Positions 63,221 through 64,000 of a DNA stretch of 64,000 bases are shown here, one piece after another (the stretch's first letter is position 1; each line of letters starts with the position of its first letter). The DNA is from a virus: positions 1-64,000 of the IMG/VR virus record IMGVR_UViG_3300025000_000078; one strand, 5' to 3'. The notes under the pieces are model-generated. The model worked only from the letters and a program-made list of their open reading frames with translations. It was not told the origin of the DNA and ran no database searches. Position numbers and translations under genes: made by a program.

Positions 63221-64000
63221 CTAAAGGTTCACATAGGTCGTTACTCTATGCAGTTCTCTTATGAACTTCCCTAACTCTCATTAGGATACCAGACTATATT
63301 ATCATCTTTATATAAGTTATAAAGAGACACCTATTTCGATTTAAGGGAATTTCACCCACTCACTTGAGCCCTACTCCTGTTGTACATTTCAGTACTTAAA
63401 GGATAGTCGTTGAACTTTTCTTATACTGTTCAGTATTTATATTTGTTTGTAATATGTGACCATCTTTCCTTTCTTTTAATTTTACCAATAAAATTTTTTA
63501 ACAGAATATCTGATTTTTTATCATATTCTGTAAAATTTAATCTAATTAATTTAAGTATTTTATCAACAGATTCATTACACACTAATAATTTACAAATAAA
63601 TTTAACAAGCTTTTCAGTATAAATTGAAGCAAAATGTGCTTCACCCTTATATTGCCAATGTAACCCCATTTTAACTGCATGTCTGATATTATCACCATGA
63701 GTTGACCATTCTAGATTTTTATAATAATTATTTCTTTTAATTCCATTTTTATGATTCACTTCTATTTTGTTTAAATCATCATTTTTTACAAATTCATAAC
63801 AAACCAGTCTATGAATACTAAATTGTCTTTCTTTAATAATTTCTTCCCCTGTTTGTAATGCAAGTCTATAGTATCCAGCTGAACCTAATTGTTGTGATAA
63901 AATATGGTCCCAATTTTTATTTTTTATTCTACCATGATCTGATATTTGATAAAGATTATTTTTAACACCTGGATAGGTAACATCTTTCCATACTTCAGTT
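63221..64000 (-). mobile_element. Group I intron (5' part outside window) in the beta' gene, with HNH ORF
   Basis: R, S and 3' domain nearly identical to the recA, dnaB and beta introns; terminal G at 63221. Confidence 0.88.
63430..63999 (-). CDS. Intron-encoded NUMOD4/HNH endonuclease (5' end outside window)
   Basis: EVWKDVTYPG..YQISDHGRI...IHRLVCYEF...VNHKNGIKRNNYYKNLEWST. Confidence 0.88.
   Translation of the reverse strand, partial: TEVWKDVTYPGVKNNLYQISDHGRIKNKNWDHILSQQLGSAGYYRLALQTGEEIIKERQFSIHRLVCYEFVKNDDLNKIEVNHKNGIKRNNYYKNLEWSTHGDNIRHAVKMGLHWQYKGEAHFASIYTEKLVKFICKLLVCNESVDKILKLIRLNFTEYDKKSDILLKNFIGKIKRKERWSHITNKYKY

Noticed and set aside
11266-63420. Dispersed repeats of about 45 bp as CRISPR repeats or IS ends
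   Set aside because: Not regularly spaced, and no cas or transposase genes; they are conserved group I intron domains
1-64000. tRNA/rRNA genes and phage-nucleus (shell or tubulin) genes
   Set aside because: None recognised by eye; absence not confirmed without tRNAscan or HMM searches

Overview
Very AT-rich segment of a jumbo (phiKZ/AR9-like) bacteriophage genome, probably infecting a Firmicute (SLH-bearing amidase, AGGAGG RBS). It encodes split subunits of two multisubunit RNA polymerases, NAD-dependent ligase, RecA, DnaB, a Dda/RecD-like helicase, an SbcD-like nuclease, GyrA/GyrB, a full-length polyphosphate kinase, and tail fibre, baseplate and lysis genes. The main hidden structure is a set of nine group I introns (two run off the window ends) interrupting six core genes. 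Splice sites were inferred by hand from P1 U-G pairs, terminal G and restored protein motifs. recA and dnaB each have two tandem introns separated by micro-exons (15 and 29 nt), and one intron splits the RNAP catalytic motif NAD|FDGD. Five or six introns share nearly identical, mosaic ribozyme cores at unrelated sites. Endonucleases of three families occupy the same intron loop. Two phage promoter motifs (TATATATTAT and AACA-N6-TA) recur. A repeat beta-propeller gene has a frameshifted tandem copy. All assignments come from visual inspection; no searches were run.
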